Shown here piece after piece: positions 28,023 to 38,868 of a stretch of DNA of 39,007 nt. This DNA is from Sanchytrium tribonematis (taxonomy: Eukaryota). Position numbers and translations under genes: made by a program. Location of the stretch: the NCBI GenBank assembly GCA_018985235.1, contig JADGIG010000026.1, positions 1 to 39,007 of the forward strand. The letters are read 5' to 3'. The notes under the pieces were generated by a model that saw only the letters and a program-made list of their open reading frames with translations, searched no databases and had not been told where the DNA came from. How positions within the stretch are numbered: position 1 is the first letter of the stretch; every line of letters starts with the position of its first letter.

Positions 28023-31000
28023 ATGTTCGATGTTTTTAATCAACAATTGGATCTTAAAGCAATAGACACCAAAAGACCAGCAAACCAAGAGAATGTCACT
28101 AAGAAGAAAAAGAACTCCAAAATTCGAGTAATTGAAGATGAATTCACTCATCAATCATCTCATTCGGTAAGACATGAGGTTTGCATTCCAGAAAGTGTAG
28201 ACAATTACGAGTCGCTTTCCAATTACGAAATAAAAGAAAGATATAGAACTTGGGATTTCGAATTAGACCCTTTTCAAGAAATTGCAATTCGCTCTATCGA
28301 TAGGAATGAGAGTGTACTAGTTGCTGCTCATACTTCGGCGGGGAAGACGGTTACAGCAGAATATGCAATAGCTATGGCACTAAGGAACAAGCAAAGAGTT
28401 GTATATACTTCTCCGATCAAGGCACTTTCTAATCAAAAATATCAAGACTTTAAGAAAATATTTGGCGACGTTGGACTACTTACAGGGGACAACACAATCA
28501 ATGAATCATCATCCTGTCTTGTCATGACTACAGAAATTTTAAGATCTATGTTCTATTTGGGCTCGGAAGTTTTTAGAGAAACCAGTATCATCATATTTGA
28601 TGAAGTTCACTACTTAAGAGATCTAGAGCGTGGCGTAGTATGGGAAGAATCTATTTTATTGGCTCCCAAATCTGCTCGATTTGTATTCCTTTCAGCTACT
28701 ATCCCTAATGCTTCACAATTTGCATCATGGATTTCTTCAATTCATGAGCACATTTGCCATGTGGTTTATACAGATTTTCGACCAGTCCCACTTACGCACT
28801 ATATCTATCCACTTGGTGGGGAATGTATATATAATGTTTATGATGGTAAAAATTTTAAAAATGAAAGTTTTCAATTAGCAATGAAAGATATTGCCAACAG
28901 CTCTTTAAATCGCAAAAAGCTCGGCACTTCTAAATCTTTACAAAAACTAAACCAAATGGATGAGAATCCAGTTGAGAAAATTGTGAAGCTTTTAACTAAA
29001 AAAAATCTGGACCCAATTATAATGTTTGCATTCAGTAAAAAAGAATGTGAAACATATGCTATAAAAATAAAGCTGGACTTTAATGAGGAAGAAGAAAAAG
29101 ATGCCATTGATCTGATTTTTTCGAAAGCACTTGAGAAACTAGATGAAGAGGATCAGCAATTGCCTCAGGTTGAGTCTCTTCTGCCAATATTGCAACGGGG
29201 GATTGGGATTCATCATAGCGGTATGTTGCCAATCTTAAAAGAAGTCGTTGAAATTCTTTTTGGAAAAGGTCTTATCAAGGTACTATTTGCAACGGAAACA
29301 TTCTCTATCGGCCTTAATATGCCTGCTCGCACTTGCTGTTTTACTGGCTTAAAGAAGTTTGACGGCAAGCAAATGAGACTTTTATCAAGTGGTGAATGGA
29401 TACAAATGTCAGGAAGAGCTGGGAGAAGAGGATTGGATTCTCAAGGATTATGCGTCATGATGATTGATGATCATGTTGAAAGCGATCAGTTACTTGGAAT
29501 GATCACAGGGGAGGCGCTGCCTTTAAATTCAGCATTCCGTTTAACTTATCATATGTTACTAAATTTAAGTAGAGTAGAAGGAGTAGATAGCAGAGATTTA
29601 TTGGAAACAAGTTTTAAGCAATATCAGAAGATTGACCAACTTCCAGCCTTGGAACAACAGCTTTTTGAAAAACAGCGAAAACTGAATGATTTGAATGTTG
29701 AGAATGAAGAGCTCGTATCTCAATATTCCGATGCCTTGAAAAAGCATCATAATTTAGAAGAAGAATTAAAGAGGACATGGACGCTCCCAAAGTATTTGAA
29801 TCAATTCTTACAGGTTGGCCGCCTAGTGCATATCAAATTTAAAGACCTTGATTTCGGCTGGGGTATAGTTGTCAACTTAAAAAATAGATCTAAGGGCTTT
29901 CGTGGGGATGAACGAGCAAAGTTTTCAGTTGATGTCTTGATACGCATTCCAACTCCACAAAAATATTCTGAAGGCAGATTCCATGGAAATGTTAGCCAAG
30001 TGGTTCCAGCTTATTCACAAATAACTTGCTTTGAAAACGATCACAAATTTATTATCTCCAATTCACCTGAAATGGACGACCCCGGTATATTTGTTATAGT
30101 GCCATGTTTTCTTGATACAATTCAACACGTTTCTATAATAAGGGCAAATTTGCCGGAATATTTAATTTCTGAGGCAAATAGAGAAGTGTGTAGTAGAATA
30201 ATTAAACAGGCAAAAGCAAAGCACGATAACGAATTGCCGCTATTTGACTTCGTGCAAGATTTTGGAATCGAAGATCAAGAGTTTCAAGTTAAGTATGAAA
30301 GTTACAAAAATTGCAGAAACTCCTTACTGAATAATTCTATTATCTTGAACAAAGACATTCTTAAGTCTAAATTTATTGAGTACAAAATTAAACTTGATGT
30401 TGCAAAAGAAGTTTTAAATTTAGAAGCTCAAATCAAGGAAGCCAAAGCCATTATAACCCTTGATGAACACAATTCTCACATGCAATTGCTTAAAAAGCTT
30501 AGTTACCTCGATTCTAATGATGTGATATTGATGAAAGGCAGAGTTGCTTGCGAAATTAGTGCCGGTGATGCAGTTTTAATGACTGAATTAATATTTGACG
30601 GTTTTTTTAATGAAATGGAAGAAGAAGTCATCGTCGCAATATTGTCCTGTGTTGTTTTTTCCGAAAAATATGATGATATGGTCCCGTTGCCCAAAGAATT
30701 GGTCCAGGTTCTAGATACTTTTCAGGAAATGGTTAAAACGCTTGCGAAAGAATCTTCAGAATGTGGTTTAGAAATTGATATTAGCGAGTGTTTGTCACCC
30801 TATAGAACAGAATTGATTCCAGTTGCATACTCCTGGAGTCAAGGAACATCTTTCGTCGATATTTGTAAAATGACTGATGTCTATGAGGGCTCAATTGTCA
30901 GGATGTTTCGAAGATTGGATGAATTATTGAGACAATTAAAATCTGCTTGTGAAGTTGTAGGTAATACAGAACTGGCCACTAAATTTTCTGTATGTTGTTC

Positions 31001-31046
31001 CAAGATCAATAGGGGAATAGTTTTTACTGAAAGTTTGTATCTGTAA
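28023..31046 (+). CDS. MTR4: Ski2-like RNA helicase Mtr4
   Basis: FELDPFQ, AHTSAGKT, DEVH, FLSAT, GIGIHHSG, QMSGRAGRRG, KOW arch FGWGIVVN, YEGSIVR, SLYL terminus. Confidence 0.93.
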   Translation: MFDVFNQQLDLKAIDTKRPANQENVTKKKKNSKIRVIEDEFTHQSSHSVRHEVCIPESVDNYESLSNYEIKERYRTWDFELDPFQEIAIRSIDRNESVLVAAHTSAGKTVTAEYAIAMALRNKQRVVYTSPIKALSNQKYQDFKKIFGDVGLLTGDNTINESSSCLVMTTEILRSMFYLGSEVFRETSIIIFDEVHYLRDLERGVVWEESILLAPKSARFVFLSATIPNASQFASWISSIHEHICHVVYTDFRPVPLTHYIYPLGGECIYNVYDGKNFKNESFQLAMKDIANSSLNRKKLGTSKSLQKLNQMDENPVEKIVKLLTKKNLDPIIMFAFSKKECETYAIKIKLDFNEEEEKDAIDLIFSKALEKLDEEDQQLPQVESLLPILQRGIGIHHSGMLPILKEVVEILFGKGLIKVLFATETFSIGLNMPARTCCFTGLKKFDGKQMRLLSSGEWIQMSGRAGRRGLDSQGLCVMMIDDHVESDQLLGMITGEALPLNSAFRLTYHMLLNLSRVEGVDSRDLLETSFKQYQKIDQLPALEQQLFEKQRKLNDLNVENEELVSQYSDALKKHHNLEEELKRTWTLPKYLNQFLQVGRLVHIKFKDLDFGWGIVVNLKNRSKGFRGDERAKFSVDVLIRIPTPQKYSEGRFHGNVSQVVPAYSQITCFENDHKFIISNSPEMDDPGIFVIVPCFLDTIQHVSIIRANLPEYLISEANREVCSRIIKQAKAKHDNELPLFDFVQDFGIEDQEFQVKYESYKNCRNSLLNNSIILNKDILKSKFIEYKIKLDVAKEVLNLEAQIKEAKAIITLDEHNSHMQLLKKLSYLDSNDVILMKGRVACEISAGDAVLMTELIFDGFFNEMEEEVIVAILSCVVFSEKYDDMVPLPKELVQVLDTFQEMVKTLAKESSECGLEIDISECLSPYRTELIPVAYSWSQGTSFVDICKMTDVYEGSIVRMFRRLDELLRQLKSACEVVGNTELATKFSVCCSKINRGIVFTESLYL

Positions 31047-31089
31047 TAAATTCTTAATTAGTACCCTTGTTTTAAGAAATCTGACAAAA

Positions 31090-34000
31090 ATGCGACACAG
31101 CTCAAGGACGAATTATTACGAGGGAAGTGACTCGGAATCCGAAGAGGCTTATCCGAAGCGAAGGTCTTCTCGACTGAATCGCAACAGACGAATCACTTTG
31201 GATGACTATGAAGAATTCTACTCCCCCGAAAATTCACCTCAGCCTAGAAAGCGGCGAAAAATTCTTTATAATATTAGAGAAACCAAATCAAAATCAAACG
31301 ACTTTATTAAAGAACGATACTCACTTAGAAATAAGGAAAATACCATCGAATCTGATATTGTAGAAGAAACTGATCCAATCGACGAAGCTGATACCCAATC
31401 TCGACATAGTGACAAAAACGACATCATTGCTTCGAAAGAAGAACATGAGGGGTCCTCAATTATCGACTTAGAGCCGAATGAAACGAAAGAGACTGAAGTT
31501 GTCGATTTGAAGCCCAAACGCACAGTTAGACTTGAGATTTTGGTTGATAAAAGCAAAGAAAATAATCTTATGGAAGAATCTAATACTTTAGAAGAAGTTG
31601 TGGAAGATGATGAGGAATTTCAGGAACCTGACGAGACCAGTTCTGAGGAATATGAAGAATTTGACGATGATATAACTTCACCTGACAGGCCTAACCCTTT
31701 CTATTCATTTCGGCGGAGGCGATCTCAAAAAATTGAGGACTTGAGTCCGGTTCAAACTTCTTATAGGACTCGGCGCAATTTAAGAAAGAAAAAAGATTTT
31801 AGACCTTTTACCGACTATCAGAGCACTCAACAAGTTCTCGATTTAATTGAGAAACAGTCAAAGTTGAACAAGAAAAGAAAAAAAATTAATTATAATAGAA
31901 ATGAAAGTGGTGATTCTAGTGAAGAAGAAAAGGAAGAAAAGAGAATCATGGACGATCGTTTGAAACAATATGACCACAGGCAAACAGTGTTGCGAGACAT
32001 GATTGAAACTCAAATGAAGTCACGATTGGTTAAGTTCGAAAAAGAATTGAATTCTGGAGATTCAGTCAGTGGCGAGGCTAATTTAATATCACCTCAATCT
32101 AATCAGTCAGATCTAGAGACCACTGCGCACGAAAAAAATGTCACAGAACAGGATCCTAACATAGAAGAAACTGAAAATCATATTTTAGTCGACCCTCCAT
32201 TGAAAAGCTGGTCTGAATGGTTTCGAAACTTACTTCTAACAGAAACTGATCCTGCACCGGGAATAGGCGCGTCTCCTGGAGACTCAAGGTATTCATCCTG
32301 GTACGATTACCTTGCCAGAGGTCCAATGGCTATCAAAGATAGACATTCAGAACCCCTCAATATCAAAATTGCAAGCAACATTTCTTTCAACTCAATCGCT
32401 GGACTAGATGAGCATATTGTTTCCATGAAAGAAATGGTTATTCTTCCATTGCTCTATCCCCATTTATATACAAATATGGGTATAAACCCTCCTAGAGGAG
32501 TCTTGTTCACTGGTCTGCCTGGCACAGGTAAAACACTCTTAGCAAGAACACTGGCATCGCAGTATGGTAACATAAGTTTTTTTGTTCGTAAAGGTGCCGA
32601 CATATTAAGCAAATGGGTAGGCGAGGCAGAGAGACAGTTGAAAAAGCTTTTTGAAGAAGCTCGAGCAAAACAACCATCCATAATATTTTTCGATGAAATT
32701 GACGGGCTTTCTCCTACCAGATCTGGTAAACAAGATCAAATTCACTCAAGTGTAGTCGCTACATTATTGGCATTAATGGACGGTCTTGAGTCGAGGGGTC
32801 AAGTTATAATAATTGGTGCAACCAATAGACCTGATGCCATTGATCCCGCTCTTCGCCGGCCTGGCAGATTTGACAGAGAACTGTATTTTACTCTTCCAAA
32901 CAAAGTTGCTCGTAAGAAAATGTTGGAGATATACACAGAAAAATGGACTCCTCGACCATCGATTGATTTACTTTCTGATTTATCTAACCAGACCATTGGA
33001 TATTGTGGTGCAGACATTAGAGCTCTTTGTACTGAATCAGCCTTGAATGCAGTGCGACGAGTATTCCCACACATATATCAAGATTTTAAAAAATATGAAG
33101 TTGATCCATCTAGTGTTGTTGTAAGTAGAAATGATTTTATTTTGGCTTTGAAAAAGGTGGTACCTTCACTTCACAGAAGCTCTCCAAATTCTATAATTCC
33201 TTTGAATTTTCAATTAGAAGTTTTGCTTTACGAGTCGATTCAATTTGTTTTTGATGCTATTTCAAATTTACTCCCAATTAATGGCATTATGGGTAGAAAG
33301 CGCAAACTGGTCCTAACAGGTCCCTCATGTGATTTGATAAGTAGGGGAGTGCTTCATCTTTTTGACTTGAATGTGATTCTTATTGATCCCTCCATATTAT
33401 TTGGTGACTCAACTAGGGTATTGAATACTAACGCAGACAGCGGAGTGTATACTTATTGCTCTTTTTAACGAAGCAAAAAAGAGGACCAGTATTGTCTACT
33501 TTCCGAGATTGGACAATTGGTTTTTTGATCTTCCAGATATATTGCAACGGCAAATTGCCTATATGATTGATATACATTCTGCCAATGAGTGCATTATCAT
33601 TTATACAACGCTACAATCCTACACCGATGCAAATGTCAATTTGATTGACTTATTTCAAATTTCCTGCACTAAAGTAATATCTGCAGCTAAAATTAGCGAC
33701 GTGTCCAGAATGAAATATTTTGCGTCAATAATTAAATGCGAGGTTGACAAGTTTTCAGCTTCCCAGTCCCGAAGTATCTCTGCAATAATTCCACCAAAGA
33801 CAATCGATACTCACAAAAATTATTCGGATGATGAAATTTTGATGATGAGAGAAAATGATGAATTTGTTTTGAGAGAATTAAGAATCGCACTTCGAAGTAT
33901 CACTATTGAAATTTGCAAAGACAAGCAGTATAAAATGTTTATTAAACCTGTGAACCCTATGGAATACGAAGATTACTATAGCGAAATAGCTCATCCACTC

Positions 34001-34747
34001 TGTTTAGCAGATGTAATGAACAAAATAGATGAGGGTGGATATTTGACTATTGGCGAATACATGGATGACATACAATTGATTCGAGACAATTGTCAGCAAT
34101 ATAATCAAGAGCAACATCAATTTGTTGTAAATGCAAATTTGATGCTAGATTTAATTATAAGTATGATAAGTCGCATTAACAAAGACTTATTGATGGAGTG
34201 CGAGAAAGTAGCTTACAGGGCAACACTGGGCTTAAGCAAGCAACTGAATAGACCAATTGAAGAGCTTTACAAAGTCAATTTGAGACAGGTAGTTAGAAGC
34301 GTTGAGCATGAAAAAGAAGCTAAAGCAGAGGAGGAATTGAACAATCAAGAGCTTGAATACGAAAATTTAGACAAAGTAGATGTTGATCATCAAGTAGCGG
34401 TTCAAAATACAGACTTAATAGATGAGAAATTAGATGCGGAGGAGCTTGAAATTACTTCTGTCATTGAGAAATCGGAAACAAAGTCCGAACGCAAATCTGA
34501 TATCTATGAAGATCTAGATGATCGTAGCAAAGAAAACTTACCTAGTGACACGGAATTCAACATAACTAGATTTAACAAAAAGCGAATTCTTTATATAATG
34601 GCACTGCTTTTGGGTCAATCATCCAAATTCAATGCTGAACAGTGTGAAAGACTTTCTAGGGATATTAGTTGTTGCTTCAATTCAAAAGCGAACCTTGATA
34701 CAATTCTTTCAATGTGCATATGTAGTATAAAATCATTTAATGAATAA
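31090..34747 (+). CDS. YTA7: AAA+ ATPase with bromodomain, Yta7/ATAD2, spliced (exons 31090-33417, 33437-34747; 1212 aa)
   Basis: Acidic N-terminus; GLPGTGKT, RKGADILSKWVGEAERQL, FFDEIDG, RRPGRFDRE; degenerate second AAA; bromodomain FIKPV...DYY...YN. Confidence 0.93.
33418..33436 (+). other. 19-nt spliceosomal intron with perfect TACTAAC (GTATTGAATACTAACGCAG)
   Basis: Restores LFGDSTR|TAECILIALFNEAKK, in frame with ORF 33509-34747. Confidence 0.92.
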
Positions 34748-34754
34748 ATTTATT
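34743..34754. terminator. Palindromic bidirectional poly(A) signal AATAAATTTATT (YTA7 / ankyrin)
   Basis: Contains both TAA stop codons, 2 bp apart. Confidence 0.65.
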
Positions 34755-35203
34755 TGCTGACGAATATTGCCCGAATTTCAGCGTCATCCACAACATCTAC
34801 AGCCAGGAATCCTTTATTAAAATTGGGTACCTTTTCCGTTTTTGACAGTTGGATCTGCCCCAGCATTGATTAGTTTACTTATAAGTTCACCTGATCCTAG
34901 AAGTGCAGCCAAATGCAAGGCTGTGTTACCACTTCCGAATGTTTCATTAAGATGTTCTGCAAAACTACTTTCTATGATTTCAGCAGCTATTGAGTCATAG
35001 TGGAGTAGCATCGCAAGATGTAGCGCAGTAATGCTTCCCAAAAACGCGCCCAAAAATTTATACCCATCATTAGCCACATCGGTTGGATAAGATACATCTG
35101 GGAACTTTCTTTTAACTGCTAACAATGACTTATTTTGAATCAATGAACGCACCCCGTCTTTATCGTTCTTTTTAATCTCGTTGAATAAATCGTCAGCGGT
35201 CAT
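34750..35203 (-). CDS. Small ankyrin-repeat protein, spliced (exons 34831-35203, 34750-34811; 144 aa)
   Basis: TALHLA twice; GADPTVKNGKGFLAVD after splicing; the new stop lies in AATAAA. Confidence 0.82.
34812..34830 (-). other. 19-nt spliceosomal intron (GTACCCAATTTTAATAAAG)
   Basis: Completes the final ankyrin repeat and fills the gap to the YTA7 stop. Confidence 0.8.
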
Positions 35204-35246
35204 CACTTGTTTCACAATTTAAAATACAAATCCTAAAGTATCAAAT

Positions 35247-36675
35247 TTACTCTGATTTGCCGTAATCTTTCATGAACTGCAAATGAAAAGAGGTGAAGTA
35301 ATTCAAAAATTGATCAAACTGATCTTCGGGTGGCAAAAATGTGGATCTAAAATGAAAAGTACCAGGGAGTTGTCCAAATCCATTTCCAGGAACAACGCAA
35401 ACTCCTGTTTTTTCTAACAGTTGCAGACAATAAAGCGTATCAGGGTGCTTTTTAATTTGTTGCGCCTCTTTGATAAATTTTTCTGGAAATTCTAATTTGA
35501 CAAAAACGTACATCGCACCCTCCGCTGGGTTGCACTTGACTCCAGGAAGCTTGTTTAAAGAAGTAACTAATTTCTGAGATCGCCTTTTCAAGGATTCTGA
35601 ATGAGACAATATTACCAAATATATCTTGCACCTCACTTGCATAAAGGTCATAACTTGGGCTCCCAGGAGTCGGAGGAGACACCATTAAATCAACCCCAAT
35701 TTGCCCCATAGTGTTGCTACATAGATTTACAGATGCAAGCTTATACAGCTCATCAAGAACCTGCGGATCAATATTCACTGCTTCTACATAACCACCTCTT
35801 CGACCGCATTCGCCCACTACACCTTTGCTGGTAGAGTGGAAGGAAAATAATTCCAAATCTGTGCTATAGGGAGATCCCATGTCCATAACTACTTTTTTAA
35901 AAGAATACCAAGGCTTTTCCAGGTACACGTTTGTTTGATACACCTCATCGGCCAGTAGAACTAGTCTTTGTTCATAACATAACTTGACGATTTCTCTCAT
36001 GGATTCTAACGACAAAACATTTCCAATTGGATTACCGGGGTTAATAACACATAATGCTCTCACATCTATGCCATTTTTCCTAGATGATTTCAAAGACTCG
36101 ATAATTTTGTCTAAATTTGCGTCCCACCCATCTTCTTCATCCATCTCATATCGAACAATTTGGCCTCCATTTAATGTAATTGACGCAGAATACAAAGGGT
36201 ATTGAGGAATTGGTATCATTATTCCAACTTTTTCGTTTTGTATCAAACATTTTAAAATCATTTGAACGGCTGGTGAGGCACCGTCAGTCAAAAATATGCT
36301 TTCATAATCAGACGGGTATCCGTCTCTAGACTCTATAAATTTCGCAACATTTTTGCGAATATATGGAATCCCTTTACTATGACTGTATGCTCCAACAGAT
36401 TTACAAGCAGATAATATATCCTCTGCACGTTTCTTTACATCCGATGGAAATTTGTCAAGGCCAATTAATTCCGGGTAATCCACCAATGCAGAAACTTGTC
36501 GAAGAAAAGTTATTGGCTTTTGATTTAAAGATTGAGGATTGCCAATATTACACTGAATAATAGTACGACCTTTTGATAAAAGCGATTCCGCTTTTATAGC
36601 AAGCTCGCCGCGCACCGCATATTCGGCGTTTTTTATGCAATTATGAATGCTGTCCCTGGTTAAAACGCGACGCAT
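35247..36675 (-). CDS. ALT1: Alanine aminotransferase, spliced (exons 35616-36675, 35247-35596; 469 aa)
   Basis: YAVRGE, NIGNPQ, PQYPLYSA, INPGNP, ADEVYQ, PLP site STSKGVVGECGRRGG, GAMY, VVPGNGFGQ, HFRSTFLP. Confidence 0.93.
35597..35615 (-). other. 19-nt spliceosomal intron (GTAATATTGTCTCATTCAG)
   Basis: Restores IFESLKRR and joins the two overlapping ORFs. Confidence 0.92.
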
Positions 36676-36707
36676 AAAAGTTTGGAAAAATAATTTATTT
36701 GTCACAA

Positions 36708-37286
36708 CTATTGGCAATTTTGATTTTTCCATTCTACATATTGATCGATTAAAAGAGGCCAACTAGAAGTTTCCAAATCAAATGTAGAGATGTCTTCAAT
36801 TTTTAAAAATTCCAGATATAGATTCCAGGTATCTTTAGATATTACCTTCACTTTTTTATCCTTGGAATTTAAAAATTTTAAGAAATCAGTATGTTTTTCT
36901 AGTTGCTCTTTCGGCAAATATGCAAAAAGCAATTCCCATAAAGCAATAGCCGTTTCTAATTGCATGCTACGACTAGATTCCTCTTTTCCAAATTGAAAAG
37001 TAAATAAGTACACAACTTTAAAGAAAGTCTCGTCTTTAAGTTTGTCTCTTATAGAAGGTATTGATCTTTTGAAATCAGATATCGTGTTAATTTTAAGCGA
37101 CTTGCAACCGCTTATAAATTCTGCTTTTGGAATCTGGCACATTAATTTGCTTCCAAGTAGATACGATAGTGGGATCCATACAACATCCATCACGTCTATT
37201 CCTAGGTCTTCAGAGAATTTCTCTACCCCGTCAGCCGTGATCATGTCTTTTCTTTCAGTTGCATATTTTAAAAAAACTTTTTCCAT
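36708..37286 (-). CDS. DCN1: DCN1-like neddylation co-E3 (PONY domain, no N-terminal UBA)
   Basis: DGVEKFSEDLG, FKVVYLFTFQF, AIALWELL, ISKDTWN, WPLLIDQYVE. Confidence 0.9.
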   Translation of the reverse strand: MEKVFLKYATERKDMITADGVEKFSEDLGIDVMDVVWIPLSYLLGSKLMCQIPKAEFISGCKSLKINTISDFKRSIPSIRDKLKDETFFKVVYLFTFQFGKEESSRSMQLETAIALWELLFAYLPKEQLEKHTDFLKFLNSKDKKVKVISKDTWNLYLEFLKIEDISTFDLETSSWPLLIDQYVEWKNQNCQ

Positions 37287-37384
37287 ATTTTAAAGGGGAA
37301 TTTATATTAATTTTCGTCGATCAATTTCAAGTTAAAAAGATTCGATGGTAATGCATTTCAGAAACAATTATTTACTTAAGATCT

Positions 37385-37834
37385 TCAGTGCTTTGCGCTA
37401 CTGAGTTTTTCGTGCATATCCTGTACTAAGTCCGCCGTCCTTTTAAGTAATTCCGCTCTTGAAAATTTCTTGTTTCCCAATATCGGAACCACTACACTCT
37501 CTAGATATTTGTAGCTGGACTGAATTTTTTGCCTCCTTCGCTTTTCACTTTGTAAATGAAGTTGTCTTTTATCTTCGTCTCTTTTATCCGTGGAAGGTAT
37601 CTCCGTTATATGAACCATGGATCTCGAAGCCGCTGATAACCCATCGCTAGTAGGTTTTGGCTGAATAGGTGGATGATGGTAAAGTAACCCATCTGATAGA
37701 ATTTGCGGTTGTATATTTTGGGGTATCCTTGGAACATCGTCACCATCCCTATAATCTTCAATTAAAGAATCATTTAAAGGTTCCGGGTTTTTTGTGTAAA
37801 AAAAATCTGAAGCAGAGTCAATCCAGTCTTCCAT
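37385..37834 (-). CDS. bHLH transcription factor
   Basis: KRQLHLQSEKRRRQKI...SRAELLKRTADLV; first ATG at 37834. Confidence 0.85.
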   Translation of the reverse strand: MEDWIDSASDFFYTKNPEPLNDSLIEDYRDGDDVPRIPQNIQPQILSDGLLYHHPPIQPKPTSDGLSAASRSMVHITEIPSTDKRDEDKRQLHLQSEKRRRQKIQSSYKYLESVVVPILGNKKFSRAELLKRTADLVQDMHEKLSSAKH

Positions 37835-37931
37835 TTCGCAATTGGTCAAAGATCGATTAATAATCCAGTAAACTCTCTGTGATTGGATGATACACGCGAA
37901 AGACCTTGGTTTATATTATACAGGGAAAAAT

Positions 37932-38702
37932 TTATTGTTGCATCTTGGCTTTCTCTTCCAACAATTTGAAAATTAGTGGCCAATAATTAAATCGGCGTCT
38001 AATATTCTCCCTTTTCCATTCTTCTCTTTTTGCCAATTCCTCATGAAGTCTGGCGTTGTCGGCAGAGTCTTGTAATTTGATCAAAGGATCCGGTATTACT
38101 GCCATCAAATTAAATTTTGTATTAGTTAAAAGTCTCTCCTTGAGGTGTTTAGCTGCAACATTTATCCAATCGTTATTTTCAATGGACCCAACTAAAACAG
38201 GATTATTCAAAAGGCCATCTAACTCATAAACATTTCCTTTGTACGGAATAAAGGCGCTAAAATGAAATGACTCTTCCTTTTTCCCACTATGATCTTCTTC
38301 AATTGAAAAATTTTGAGGTAATGCGAAAGAATTGTGAGCGTCTCTGATCTCGGAACAGTTTCCTATTGATATTCCTTTCGATTCTGGGTCGAAATCGGCA
38401 ACAAATTCCTTTAAATTTTCTAAAACTTTTCCAGTTTTTACTGTATTCATGATGACATGCAGAATAGATAAAGTTGCGCAAGCATTGTTTATGACTTGAT
38501 TCGCAAAAAATAGCCCAGGTACACTTACAGTAAGAGGTGACCGTTTCTTGTAATCAAATAGAAAAATCAAGCCTAGAGCGTCACTATTAATATAGTCCAA
38601 GTCAAACACCTCTTCCATTACAACACCTTCGACTCCAAATAGCTGAATAAGCTCGGTAAACACACCTGGGTCTGACTCGATCAAATTCCAATCAGAACTC
38701 AT
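37932..38702 (-). CDS. UCH37: Ubiquitin C-terminal hydrolase UCH37/UCHL5 type
   Basis: WNLIESDPGVFT, QVINNACAT, FHF, ELDGL, FNLMA, WKRENIRRRFNY. Confidence 0.92.
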   Translation of the reverse strand: MSSDWNLIESDPGVFTELIQLFGVEGVVMEEVFDLDYINSDALGLIFLFDYKKRSPLTVSVPGLFFANQVINNACATLSILHVIMNTVKTGKVLENLKEFVADFDPESKGISIGNCSEIRDAHNSFALPQNFSIEEDHSGKKEESFHFSAFIPYKGNVYELDGLLNNPVLVGSIENNDWINVAAKHLKERLLTNTKFNLMAVIPDPLIKLQDSADNARLHEELAKREEWKRENIRRRFNYWPLIFKLLEEKAKMQQ

Positions 38703-38868
38703 TTGTTTTGCGGGGATTGAAACAAACGTATATATTTATTTTGCCAAATTGTTAATAAAAAAAATTGTGCATCGTTAAATATGCAACCCATGTAAAGTGA
38801 ACTTGGTTAAGCATTTAAAATTCCTGGAACTTGTTCATCCTTGAAACTTAAAATATATTTATTCATTT

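Noticed and set aside
1579..36762. Split ORFs read as pseudogenes, programmed frameshifts or stop-codon reassignment
   Set aside because: Every break is explained by a 19-nt GT-AG intron with a shared consensus, and TAA, TAG and TGA all terminate conserved proteins at expected positions.
37875..37893. Possible 5' UTR intron GTATCATCCAATCACAGAG upstream of the bHLH gene
   Set aside because: Fits T12/A14/Y15 but ends in atypical GAG, overlaps a CCAAT box and cannot be tested by frame; left uncalled.
62..38481. Many antisense or nested ORFs of 60-191 aa in the ORF track (e.g. 271-675, 5369-5944, 18743-19273)
   Set aside because: Shadows of real genes on the opposite strand or frame; no recognisable motifs.
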